Of a stretch of 64,000 nt of DNA, positions 13,741-26,897 are shown piece after piece; position 1 is the stretch's first letter; each line of letters opens with the position of its first letter. The notes under the pieces are model-generated. The model searched no databases, had not been told where the DNA came from, and saw only the letters and a program-made list of their open reading frames with translations. The DNA is from Eledone cirrhosa. Taxonomy: Eukaryota. A program made the position numbers and the translations under genes. The stretch lies in assembly GCA_964016885.1 (NCBI GenBank), contig OZ024759.1:6758001-6822000 (forward strand). Direction: 5' to 3'.

Positions 13741-14880
13741 ACATACATTCACACATATATACATACATTCACACATATATACATACATTCACACATATAT
13801 ACATACATTCACACATATATACATACATTCACACATATATACATACTTTCACACATATATACATACATTCACACATATATACATACTTTCACACATATAT
13901 ACATACATTCACACATATATACATACATTCACACATATATACATACATTCACACATATATACATACTTTCACACATATATACATACATTCACACATATAT
14001 ACATACTTTCACACATATATACATACATTCACACATATATACATACATTCACACATATATACATACATTCACACATATATACATACTTTCACACATATAT
14101 ACATACATTCACACATATATACATACATTCACACATATATACATACATTCACACATATATACATACTTTCACACATATATACATACTTTCACACATATAT
14201 ACATACATTCACACATATACACAAACTTTCACACTAATATACATACATTCACACATATATACATACTTTCACACATATATACATACTTTCACACATATAT
14301 ACATACATTCACACATATATACATACATTCACACATATATACATACTTTCACACATATATACATACATTCACACATATACACAAACTTTCACACTAATAT
14401 ACATACATTCACACATATATACATACTTTCACACATATATACATACTTTCACACATATATACATACATTCACACATATATACATACATTCACACATATAT
14501 ACATACTTTCACACTAATATACATACATTCACACATATATACATACATTCACACATATATACATACTTTCACACATATATACATACTTTCACACATATAT
14601 ACATACATTCACACATATATACATACATTCACACATATATACATACATTCACACATATATACATACATTCACACATATATACATACATTCACACATATAT
14701 ACATACTTTCACACATATACACAAACTTTCACACATATATACATACTTTCACACATATATACATACTTTCACACATATATACATACTTTCACACATATAT
14801 ACATACTTTCACACATATATACATACATTCACACAAATATACATACTTTCACACAAACATACATACATTCACACATATAC
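13741..14880. repeat. 20-bp minisatellite ACATAC(A/T)TTCACACATATAT, about 57 units
   Basis: Exact 20-bp periodicity. Confidence 0.97.
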
Positions 14881-15019
14881 ATCCACACAAACATACATAC
14901 ATTCACACATATACATTCACAAACACACACATACAGTCATGATAGCGTTCGGTTTAATTGGAAATGGGAGGGTAAAACAAGTATAACGTTTTATTTATTA
15001 ACTATTTTTTTAAAACTCA

Positions 15020-15364
15020 TCTAAACTATAATACAGTAAGGAGCGCGGGACTTCTTTAAAATTTCTGAAATGTCACACTTCCGGTTGGCCATCGCTTAAA
15101 TAAACATACTCATTTTCCGTCACTAATTTTCTCCTAATGCAGTTTATATATAATATAGTCTTATTTAATGTATCATGGATTACGTTACTGATTACATAAG
15201 AGAGTGTAACACGGTCTTCATTCAATTTCTATGTATTATATATTGTCAATTACGATGTTATCTGATGTATCATATCTACATGTATATATATACCTGCGTA
15301 TAATATCAATATACACACTACACATGCTAGCAGAAAACCACCCGTGGGGTGTTTTTTATGCTAG
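15020..15364 (+). mobile_element. Non-autonomous Helitron-like element
   Basis: A|TCTAAACTATAAT 5' end, subterminal hairpin AAAACCACCC..GGGGTGTTTT, CTAG|T 3' end; a similar 5' end occurs at 13028. Confidence 0.6.
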
Positions 15365-15454
15365 TTCTTATAATATTTATCACCTTTTTCTCAGGAAACG
15401 AAACAATTATTGTGCTATATTTTTAAAGTAATTACGCCTACTCTATTTCTATGT

Positions 15455-15502
<48 letters not shown>

Positions 15503-15656
15503 AGAGGGAGGTATAGTCCCGCCCGCTTGGTGCCGGGGTCGGGACTATATCTCTCTCTCTATACCTGTTCTACATCTCCCCATGTATTGAGTACTCCCAT
15601 GATTAGTGGTCTACCCAGTCTCAGCACCCCAGACTTTTCTCCCCCCCCCTCTCTCT

Positions 15657-15740
<84 letters not shown>

Positions 15741-15901
15741 CTTATTACGTGCCTTTCTCTCATTGCTCTGATTTATAAAGAGGTCGGTCTCTCTTCCTTG
15801 GGCTCTCTACCTTTTAATTTGATATATCTATATCTATATTAGTTCAATGCTTGATACAGTAGGAAAAGTGTCTTCACGTCTGCCCCCCCCCCCATATCCC
15901 C

Positions 15902-15974
<73 letters not shown>

Positions 15975-16109
15975 GATATATATTTCTGTTGGCCCAACGT
16001 CGTTTTGGACGACCAGTGCTCTGGCCGATTCAGCGAAAGTGGCCTTAAGTGGCCAAACATTCCATATACACATGTAACCTTAACGTATTTCTCAGGGAGA
16101 TTCATCGCA

Positions 16110-18235
16110 TGACACAGTGGCTGACGTGGCTGGCCCTTTCAATTAGAAGATAGAACTCATTTTTCTCAACGCCTAGTTGTGTCAGTTACAAAGCTTGGCT
16201 AGATGTGGTTCCGGCCACAGTTGAACACATTGCTGTCCTTTCTCATTGCTCCAGCAGGGGACATATCAGGAGGTGGTGTGTAGTCTGTGGTTCGATGCCA
16301 CAGTCACACACAACGTCCCCATCCTTTAAATATCCCCATTTTGCAAGAGTGACTTTTGCAAGTCCAATACCAGATCTTAGTATGTTGAGGTATTTCCACA
16401 CTGTATAGTTTGTATCTGCTCCAGGGGGGCAGTGCCCCACTCGCCTTTAGTTCCAGGGTGCAGTGCCTGGCTCACCTTTAGCTCCAGGGAGGGCAGTGCC
16501 TCACTCACCTTTAGCTCCAGGGGGCGCAGTGCCTCACTCACCTTTAGCTCCAGGGTACAGTGCCTGGCTCACCTTTAGTTCCAGGGGTGCAGTGCCTGGC
16601 TCGTCTTTAGTTCCAGGGTGCAGTGCCTCACTTACCTTTAGTTCCAGGTTGCAGTGCCTGGCTCACCTTTAGCTCCAGGGTACAGTGCCTGGCTCGTCTT
16701 TAGCTCCAGGGTACAGTGCCTGGCTCGTCTTTAGCTCCAGGGTACAGTGCCTGGCTCACCTTTAGTTCCAGGGTGCAGTGCCTGGCTCGTCTTTAGCTCC
16801 AGGGTACAGTGCCTGGCTCACCTTTAGTTCCAGGGTACAGTGCCTGGCTCGTCTTTAGCTCCAGGGTACAGTGCCTGGCTCACCTTTAGTTCCAGGGTGC
16901 AGTGCCTGGCTCACCTTTAGCTCCAGGGTACAGTGCCTGGCTCACCTTTAGTTCCAGGGTGCAGTGCCTGGCTCACCTTTAGTTCCAGGGTGCAGTGCCT
17001 GGCTCACCTTTAGCTCCAGGGTGCAGTGCCTGGCTCGTCTTTAGCTCCAGGGTGCAGTGCCTGGCTCACCTTTAGTTCCCGGGTGCAGTGCCTGGCTCGT
17101 CTTTAGCTCCAGGGTACAGTGCCTGGCTCGTCTTTAGCTCCAGGGTACAGTGCCTGGCTCGTCTTTAGCTCCAGGGTACAGTGCCTGGCTCACCTTTAGC
17201 TCTAGGGTGCAGTGCCTGGCTCGTCTTTAGCTCCAGGGTGCAGTGCCTGGCTCACCTGTAGCTCCAGGGTGCAGTGCCTGGCTCACCTTTAGCTCCAGGG
17301 TGCAGTGCCTGGCTCGTCTTTAGCTCCAGGGTGCAGTGCCTGGCTCACCTTTAGTTCCCGGGTGCAGTGCCTGGCTCGTCTTTAGCTCCAGGGTACAGTG
17401 CCTGGCTCGTCTTTAGCTCCAGGGTACAGTGCCTGGCTCACCTTTAGCTCCAGGGTGCAGTGCCTGGCTCGTCTTTAGCTCCAGGGTGCAGTGCCTGGCT
17501 CACCTTTAGTTCCCGGGTGCAGTGCCTGGCTCACCTTTAGCTCCAGGGTACAGTGCCTGGCTCGTCTTTAGCTCCAGGGTACAGTGCCTGGCTCACCTTT
17601 AGTTCCAGGGTGCAGTGCCTGGCTCACCTTTAGCTCCAGGGTACAGTGCCTGGCTCGTCTTTAGCTCCAGGGTACAGTGCCTGGCTCGTCTTTAGCTCCA
17701 GGGTACAGTGCCTGGCTCACCTTTAGTTCCAGGGTGCAGTGCCTGGCTCACCTTTAGCTCCAGGGTACAGTGCCTGGCTCGTCTTTAGCTCCAGGGTGCA
17801 GTGCCTGGCTCACCTTTAGTTCCAGGGTGCAGTGCCTGGCTCACCTTTAGCTCTAGGGTGCAGTGCCTGGCTCGTCTTTAGCTCCAGGGTGCAGTGCCTG
17901 GCTCACCTGTAGCTCCAGGGTGCAGTGCCTGGCTCACCTTTAGCTCCAGGGTGCAGTGCCTGGCTCGTCTTAAGCTCCAGGGGGTGCAGTGCCTGGCTCA
18001 CCTTTAGCTCCAGGGTACAGTGCCTGGCTCGTCTTTAGCTCCAGGGTGCAGTGCCTGGCTCGTCTTTAGCTCCATTGTTGTTAGAGATGAGAAGTTTTTC
18101 TTCCCAGCGAGTGACTCTTTCACTACTTAAGCTTGATGTTCCAAGGGGGGTGTGACGATCTTTAGAAAACGTTTGCTGGATTTTCAACTGACTGGCGCAA
18201 TGTGAACTTTGAAGCGTTGTCTTGCTGAAAGAGAC
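16110..18235 (-). mobile_element. RTEX/Daphne-like LINE 3' fragment split by a minisatellite
   Basis: WKYLNILRSGIG..KWG....CDCG..QTTHHLLICP on the left of the array and an LKSSKRFL-type segment on the right. Confidence 0.6.
16420..18074. repeat. 31-bp minisatellite CAGTGCCTGGCTCACCTTTAGCTCCAGGGTG, about 53 units
   Basis: Direct periodicity. Confidence 0.97.
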
Positions 18236-18493
18236 AAGTTGTCGTTGACCAGTCTGGGAATCGAACTCATGGGAGGTATGGAGTGTTGTAGAACTAATGA
18301 TACTAGAAGTGTGTTAAGAGCTATACATGTGCAATGCAGATGTTAGTGCGGCGATGAGAAGTCTGCAGCCAACATGTTATAGTTTAGTGGAGCCACATGT
18401 GGTCGTTAATGAGTCTGACAAAAATATTTGTTCATAGAAACACCAACGATTCACACATTTGTGTGTGAATATATATATATATATATACACACG

Positions 18494-18524
<31 letters not shown>

Positions 18525-18644
18525 GTGTGTGTGTACGTGTGTATATATATATATATATATATATACACACGTACATATATATACGCACCTACATATATAT
18601 ACACACGTACATATATATATATATGTATATATGTGTGTGTGTAC

Positions 18645-18684
<40 letters not shown>

Positions 18685-18754
18685 GTACATATATATATGT
18701 ATATATGTGTGTCTGTACGTGTATATATATATATATATGCATTTACACGTACAG

Positions 18755-18887
<133 letters not shown>

Positions 18888-18926
18888 TATATATATATAT
18901 ATATAAATACACACGTACCATTATAT

Positions 18927-19098
<172 letters not shown>

Positions 19099-19502
19099 GG
19101 CCATGTGTAGCCACCCACACTTACACCCACACACAGTGACAAGCCCACTTACGAGAGTATTTATCAATTCTAGTGATGTAATTAGTGGAGGATAGTGGTG
19201 TCACCTGCCATAGTGGAGGAGGAGGGGTTAATAGAGGAGGGGGGGTGAAAGAGAGGAGTGAGAGAGAGTTGGGTGGGGGTTAATAGAGGGGTGGTGGTGG
19301 AGTGAGAGAGAGGAGAGAGGAGAGAGAGAGGAAGTGTCTGGACCTTCATATTCCTAAAATTTACTTTAGCCAAATTGGCAGTTTTTCGGAAGTATACTGT
19401 TTCATATATATATATACCATGTATATATATATATATATATATATACTGTATATATATATATATATATACGGTATGTATATATATATATATATATATATAC
19501 GG

Positions 19503-19583
<81 letters not shown>

Positions 19584-19668
19584 TATATATATATATATAT
19601 ACGGTATATATATATATATATATTATATATATATATATATATACGGTATATATATATATATATGTACC

Positions 19669-19752
<84 letters not shown>

Positions 19753-19756
<4 letters not shown>

Positions 19757-19952
19757 TAATAAAAACAATGAAATAGAAACAAAGAACAAGTTCCTTATAT
19801 TAAAAAATTCATCATTTTACGATCGTTTCTAGGATGTATATCTGTGTTGGTATGTATATCATATAGATCCATGTAAAAATATTACAAATTATCAGAGGAA
19901 ATATACATACCTTCACATACACATGCTGTCTTCTGAAGACAGCATGTGTATG
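19753..19952 (-). mobile_element. Hammerhead-family element (second copy at 50026-50210), folded back at the catalytic core
   Basis: Near-identical to 50026-50209; palindrome CATACACATGCTGTCTTC-T-GAAGACAGCATGTGTATG. Confidence 0.7.
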
Positions 19953-20066
19953 TTTTCCTATGATTTTCATCGAAAATGTTTGAATGCATCTTCTCTTTTC
20001 ATGATATTTGGATTACATTGAGTTCTTCATACGGATTGGACACTACCGTATATTTTGGTAGATTTA

Positions 20067-20191
<125 letters not shown>

Positions 20192-20199
20192 TGTATATA

Positions 20200-20268
<69 letters not shown>

Positions 20269-20301
20269 TGTATATATATACATACTGTATATATATATAT
20301 A

Positions 20302-20382
<81 letters not shown>

Positions 20383-20407
20383 TGTATATATATACATACT
20401 GTATATA

Positions 20408-20526
20408 TATTCCGATGAAATGACAGTTGATAATAACATTGAAATATTGAATGTCTGCATAACTAATACTTTGTCGATAGCAGCTGTTTTCAGGTTATGT
20501 AACTGTTATAGAAACACGTGTCAATA
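20408..20526 (+). ncRNA. Degenerate type I hammerhead (core CCGATGA)
   Basis: TATT-CCGATGA-aATGACAGTT...AACTGTTATa-GAAA-CACGTG-TC-AATA. Confidence 0.6.
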
Positions 20527-20571
20527 AATTCCTTTTAACTAAGCTGTATCCATTAAAATCCTTCTATATAT

Positions 20572-20780
20572 ATAATAGCTTTCACCGTATTTTTAACTAA
20601 AGGAATTTTAGCCTGATAATGGGGTTTAGAACCCTCAGATAAATGGAAAAAGATGAGTATTGACGTACAAGACGCTCGAGGATGTACGTCAATACTGATC
20701 TTTTTCCATTTATCTGAGGGTTCTAAACCCCATTGTCAGGCTAAAATTCCTTTAGTCAAAAATACGGTGAAAGCTATTAT
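20572..20780. repeat. About 100-bp-arm inverted repeat (fold-back element)
   Basis: ATAATAGCTTTCACCGTATTTTT...TGACGTACA / TGTACGTCA...AAAAATACGGTGAAAGCTATTAT. Confidence 0.9.
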
Positions 20781-20855
20781 ATTTTCTAATTTCAAACCTG
20801 CTCACTGTTTCAAAACATACTTACTTGATATATCTTGATATATATATATATATAC

Positions 20856-20950
<95 letters not shown>

Positions 20951-20986
20951 TATATATATATATATAGATATATATATATATATACA

Positions 20987-21058
<72 letters not shown>

Positions 21059-21059
<1 letters not shown>

Positions 21060-21945
21060 GAGGTGTTGTCAGAAAAGTTCTAGGACTAATGTCACAAAAG
21101 ATTTATTTCAAACCCAAACTTCATACTAAGAGTTTTCTCCTTCAAAGTAATCCCCCTGGAGTCTAATGCACTTTTCCATCCGTTTCTGCCACGATTGCAT
21201 GCAATCCTGGAAGGATTCTTCCGGGATCCTCCGCAGTTCCGTCGTCACGGCCTTTTTGATGTCGTCCACGTCTTCAAAACGGGTCCCCTCCGGGTCGTAC
21301 TAAAAAATCCATGACTCATCACCGGTGATGACTGTCCCTAGCAAGTCTGGTTCGGTTTCAAGATGCTCGAGGATGTCCTGGCACACTTGCATGCGTCGAC
21401 CCTTCTGGTCATCCTTCAGCAGTTTTGGAACAATCTTCGCGCAGACTTACCGCATGTCAAAATCTTCAGTGAGAATCTTCCACACGCTGTCCCGATTCAT
21501 GCCCAGCTCATTTGCCATCAGTCGAACAGTCAGCCGACGATCGCTACGCACCATCTACCTGACGCGCTCAACGTTGACATCAGTCCTAGTTGTTGAGGGC
21601 CTTCCGCTCCTGGGGTCATCTTGCACCACTGAAAAACACGTGAGCGTGACATCGTCTCATCTCCATACACTTGCTGCAGCATTCCCAGTGCTTCTGACGG
21701 AGGTTTCCCCAACCGTACCAGAAACTTCAAGTTTGTTCGTTGCTCTGTGCTCATTGCTTGACGACCTGAAACAGAGGACATGTATATAAAATTATGAAGA
21801 AAAAAGTTTTATTGCTGCAGAGAGCTAAGATTACAGTTACATACACCAGGGGGATTACTTTGAAGGAGAAAACTCTTAGTGTGAAGTTTGGGTTTGAAAT
21901 AAATCTTTTGTGACATCAGTCCTGGAACTTTTCTGACACACCTCG
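21059..21945 (-). mobile_element. Internally deleted mariner transposon with about 100-bp TIRs and TA TSD
   Basis: EQRTNLKFLVRLGK..LQQVYGD..SRSRVFQW, RSGRPST, IVPKLL, VITGDESWI..YDPE, C-terminal GDYFEG; CGAGGTG(T)TGTCAGAAAAGTTC termini. Confidence 0.92.
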
Positions 21946-21971
21946 TATATGTATATATATATATGTATATA

Positions 21972-22182
<211 letters not shown>

Positions 22183-22241
22183 GTATATATATATGTATAT
22201 ATATATGTATATATATATATATATATACATATATATGTATG

Positions 22242-22346
<105 letters not shown>

Positions 22347-22461
22347 TATATACAGTATATATATATATATATGTGTGTATATATATATATATATATACAG
22401 TATATATATATATATATGTGTATATATATATATATATATACAGTATATATATATATATATA

Positions 22462-22602
<141 letters not shown>

Positions 22603-22879
22603 GTTCAAGTGAATAAGTGTGAGAAAAAGAAAGGAACGAAGAGAAAGAATGTTAGTGTGAAAGTGGGAGGAGAGAAAAAGAGAGAGACTTTGAGAGAGGA
22701 AGAGGGAGAAAGGGGGAGAGAAAGAGAGGTGTCAGGACAATAAATGATGTAACGAAGGAGGTGAAGAAGAAGGGGAGAGTGGGAGGATAAAGTGGGGGAT
22801 GATGAAGAGGAAGAGGTGGAGGAGATGTTAAATTTACGTCTCAATTACACATCATTAAACATCTATTTAAATTTGTCCT

Positions 22880-22916
22880 TCTCCTTCTTCTTTTTCTTCT
22901 TTTTCTTCTTCTTCTT

Positions 22917-23015
<99 letters not shown>

Positions 23016-23022
23016 GTTGTTA
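22880..23022. repeat. (TTC)n-(TTA)n microsatellite at the 3' end of the Dong-like LINE
   Basis: Direct reading. Confidence 0.95.
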
Positions 23023-24615
23023 TTCCTTGAATCTCAGTCATTGATGTTGGTTAACTGGAAAGTCCGTTGGATTGAATATCAAGCCACTACCTGCAGCCTC
23101 AGATATTCAGGACGTATCGGAGGGTTCTTGCTGTTCCAAGCAAGCATGCCTTTTGAAGCGTTCCAAAAAGCGTGAAGGGGCCGATTTTCTTTAACCATCC
23201 CTGGAAACTTTTGGAGATAGTCCCCAGTGCGCCTATGACAATCGGGATCACTTTGACTTCATGGCAGTTCCAAATCCTTTTCACCTCCCACTTTAGGTCC
23301 TGATATCGGTTAATTTTCTCCCTCTCCTTCTCTTGCACTCTCGTGTCGAACGGGCAGGCCACATCCACAATCAGACACGATCTTTTTTCTTTGTCCACAA
23401 CCACCAGGTCAGGTCTATTGTGTTCCAGTTTTTTGTCCGTCTGTATCCTAAAATCCCACAGCACCTTCACCTGATTGTTCTCCATCACCGCCTCTGGCCT
23501 ATGCTCATACCATTTCTCAGAATGTGGTAAATTGTTTACTTTGCACAGGTGCCAGTGGATCACCCTGCCCATCACATCGTGTCTCCAGCCCTTATAGTGG
23601 GTCTGGGCTAGGTGTTTACACTCGGACACAATGTGAGCCACAGTCTCCTCTCTCTCTCCACAGATCCTGCACAGTGGGCTAGCCTCCTCCTTGTAAATAT
23701 GGTGCTTCAACCACTTCGTTTTGAGGGCCTGCTCCTGCGCAGCCATTAGCATTCCTTCTGTAGCCTTTTTGAGGTCTCCTCTTCTCAACCAGTTCCATGT
23801 CTGTGGATCTCTAAATTCAGTTTTCTCAAAGAAGGTATTATGAAGGGATTTTCCCTTAAGGCTGCTCTTCCTCCTTGATGTTATTTCCTCCTTGGACATC
23901 CCCTGGCCTACTGTCCCCTCCTTCAGTACAGTTCTGAGCATTGGCTCCTTACTATAGGTCACGTATTTGTATAGGTTGTTTTTCTCCATCTGAACACAGT
24001 CCTCTATGCTGATAAGACCTCTTCCACCCTCAAATCTCCTTAGGTAGAGTCTATCGACATCACTCCTCTTGTGGAACATGTTGTAGATAGTCAATAGCTT
24101 CCTAGTCTTCCTATCCATTTCTTTTTGTTCAGCAACATTCCATCTCAGAATTCCCGCACTGTACCTAATAATAGACACAGCTCGGGAATTTACTGCGCTT
24201 ATGGCATTTCTGCTGTTCAGATGTGACTTCAATACGCTCCTTACTCTCCGAATGTATTCAGTTCTTAACAATTCCTTCATTTTTTTGTTCTTTATGCCAT
24301 CAGCCTCCAGAACGCCCAAATACTTGTATCCTTCCCCAGAGTCAATTTCCTTTATCATCTCACCTGTTGGTATCTGGATCCCGTTACTTCTGCTCAACCT
24401 ACCCCTTCTCATCACAATGACTCCACATTTACTAATACCAAACTGCATTATGCTGCGAAAAGTGAGAGCAGGATACAAGTTGGGAAAGGGAGAGCTTACC
24501 ATCAATCACCTCCTCTTCATGGACGATCTTAAGCTCTTCGGGAAAAGTTAGAAGGAGTTGGATGTGCTTGTTGACACTGTCCGTATTTTCAGCAGTGATA
24601 TATGTATGCAGTTTG

Positions 24616-24621
<6 letters not shown>
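23023..24621 (-). mobile_element. R4/Dong-like RLE non-LTR retrotransposon, 5'-truncated with a 5' inversion (24449-24621)
   Basis: ORF 23099-24448: YKYLG, GGRGL, CRIC...HIVSEC, RHD, RPDLVV..VDVACP; the inverted part encodes HLLFMDDLKL; (TTA)n on both flanks. Confidence 0.92.
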
Positions 24622-24659
<38 letters not shown>

Positions 24660-25040
24660 TGGCCACATATTCCTGGGAGGGTCGAGAGGGCAGAGTCCTC
24701 AGACACTCCTTCCAGCGGGTCCTGCCAGACTCAACCGTCTCCAACTGATCCAGCTGGATCCCCCAGTGTGACCAGCGAGGCTCATATATGTTACCCACCC
24801 ATCTTGCTTGGGGTCTACCACTGGGTCTCTTACCTGTTTCGCCTGTAAAATCTGTCTAGCTATTCTTTCCTGAGACATTCTAACCACATGCCAATAGTAT
24901 CCGGGTTGTCATCTCTTAATTCGGAGAAATATCGGCTCTACCTGAGTGACTCTCTCATCTCGAAGCTACGCACTTTATCGAGTAATGTTACTCCAATGAC
25001 CCTTTGGAGGAACATCATTTCGGCCGCTTGTATTCGCAAA
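24660..25040 (-). mobile_element. RTE-like LINE 3' fragment
   Basis: RIQAAEMMFLQRVIGVTLLDKVRS..RE.L, YWHVVRMSQER. Confidence 0.7.
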
Positions 25041-25065
25041 TTAAATTCCAAGATTATTATTATCA

Positions 25066-25248
25066 ATTGGCAGTATCGGTAGAGAGTCAGACACAATGCT
25101 TTGTAGCGTAGAGTTACAGCCCTTTCCATTCTGAGTTCAAATCCCGCCAAGGTTAACTTTGCCTTTCACCCTTACAGGGTCGATAAAATAAAGTACCAGT
25201 CATGTACTGGGTAATTGCTGGCCTTGTGCCAAAAGTAGAAACAATTAT
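25066..25248 (+). mobile_element. tRNA SINE
   Basis: Family match. Confidence 0.85.
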
Positions 25249-25311
25249 TTTCATTTTTTACTTGATGCCCCAGTCATGTTATTCAACTGAAATAATTGCC
25301 CTAATGAATAT

Positions 25312-26712
25312 CAAACTGCTACCAGCAGCCTCAGATATTCAGGACGTATCGGAGGGTCCTTGCCGTTCCAAGTAAGCATGGAAGTATTTCAAAATAGAGG
25401 TGGGGGGGGGGCTGATGGTCTTTAGCCAGCCTTGGAAACTCTTCGAGATAGTACCCAGTGCTCCCATGACGATAGAGACAACTTTGATCTCATGGCATTT
25501 CCAAACCCTTTTCAGTTTCCACTTCAGGTTCTGGTACCGGTTAATTCTTCTCCTCTACTTTTCATGTACTCTTGTGTCAAAGGGGCAAGCTACATCTATA
25601 ATCAAACATGATCTTTTTTCCTTGTCAAAAACCACCAAGTCAGGCCTATTATATTCTAATTCTTTATCAGTTTGTATTCTGAAATAACTGTTTCTACTTT
25701 AGGCACAAGGCCAGCAATCACCCAGTGCATTACTGGTACTTTATTTTATCGACCCCGTAAGGATGAAAGGCAAAGTCAACCTCGGCGGGATTTGAACTCA
25801 GATCATAAAGGGACGTAACTATGCTGGAAAGCATGGCGTCCGACCCTCTACCGATACTGCCAATCCACCGCCCTAACATGGCGTCCGACCCTCTACCGAT
25901 ACTGCCAATCCACCACCCTAACATGGCGTCCGACCCTCTACCGATACTGCCAATCCACCACCCTAACATGGCGTCCGACCCTCTACCGATACTGCCAATC
26001 CACCACCCTAACATGGCGTCCGACCCTCTACCGATACTGCCAATCCACCGCCCTAACATGGCGTCCGACCCTCTACCGATACTGCCAATCCACCACCCTA
26101 ACATGGCGTCCGACCCTCTACCGATACTGCCAATCCACCGCCCTAACATGGCGTCCGACCCTCTACCGATACTGCCACTCCACCGCCCTAGCATGACGTC
26201 CGACCCTCTACCGATACTGCCAATCCACCACCCTAACATGGCGTCCGACCCTCTACCGATACTGCCACTCCACCGCCCTAGCATGGCGTCCGACCCTCTA
26301 CCGATACTGCCAATCCACCGCCCTAGCATGGCGTCCGACCCTCTACCGATACTGCCAATCCACCACCCTAACATGGCGTCCGACCCTCTACCGATACTGC
26401 CACTCCACCGCCCTAACATGGCGTCCGACCCTCTACCGATACTGCCAATCCACCGCCCTAGCATGGCGTCCGACCCTCTACCGATACTGCCAATCCACCG
26501 CCCTAGCATGGCGTCCGACCCTCTACCGATACTGCCAATCTGAAATAACACCTTCACCTGGTCGTTTTCCATCACCAATTCTAGCTTATGCTCATACCAC
26601 TCCTCAGCGAGGGGTAAATCATTCAATTTGTACAAATGCCTGTGGATCACTTTTCCTATAATATCATACCTCCATCCTTTATAATGAGTCTGGGTCAGGA
26701 GTTTACCCTCGG
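25312..26712 (-). mobile_element. Second, degenerate Dong-like 3' fragment interrupted by a multi-head SINE
   Basis: Similar to 23085-23620 (CAGCCTCAGATATTCAGGACGTATCGGAGGG; WYEH, MENDQVKVL). Confidence 0.8.
25689..26540 (-). mobile_element. tRNA SINE with about 16 tandem 45-bp heads
   Basis: One body/B-box; flanking direct repeat TCTGAAATAAC on both sides. Confidence 0.9.
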
Positions 26713-26880
26713 AGTTACGGCTCTTTACATTCTGAGTTCAAATCCTGTCGATGTTAGCTTTGCTGTTCATCCTTACAGGGTTGATAAAATAAAGTACCAG
26801 TAACGCACTGGGGTCGATTTAATCGAATCTCCCCTACCCCAAAATTGTTGGCCTTGTGCCTATACAAGAAACAATTATTA
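26712..26880 (+). mobile_element. 5'-truncated SINE of a longer subfamily
   Basis: B-box and body, with an extra segment GGGGTCGATTTAATCGAATCTCCCCTACCCCAAAATTG before the tail. Confidence 0.75.
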
Positions 26881-26897
26881 TTATACAATTATTAGTA

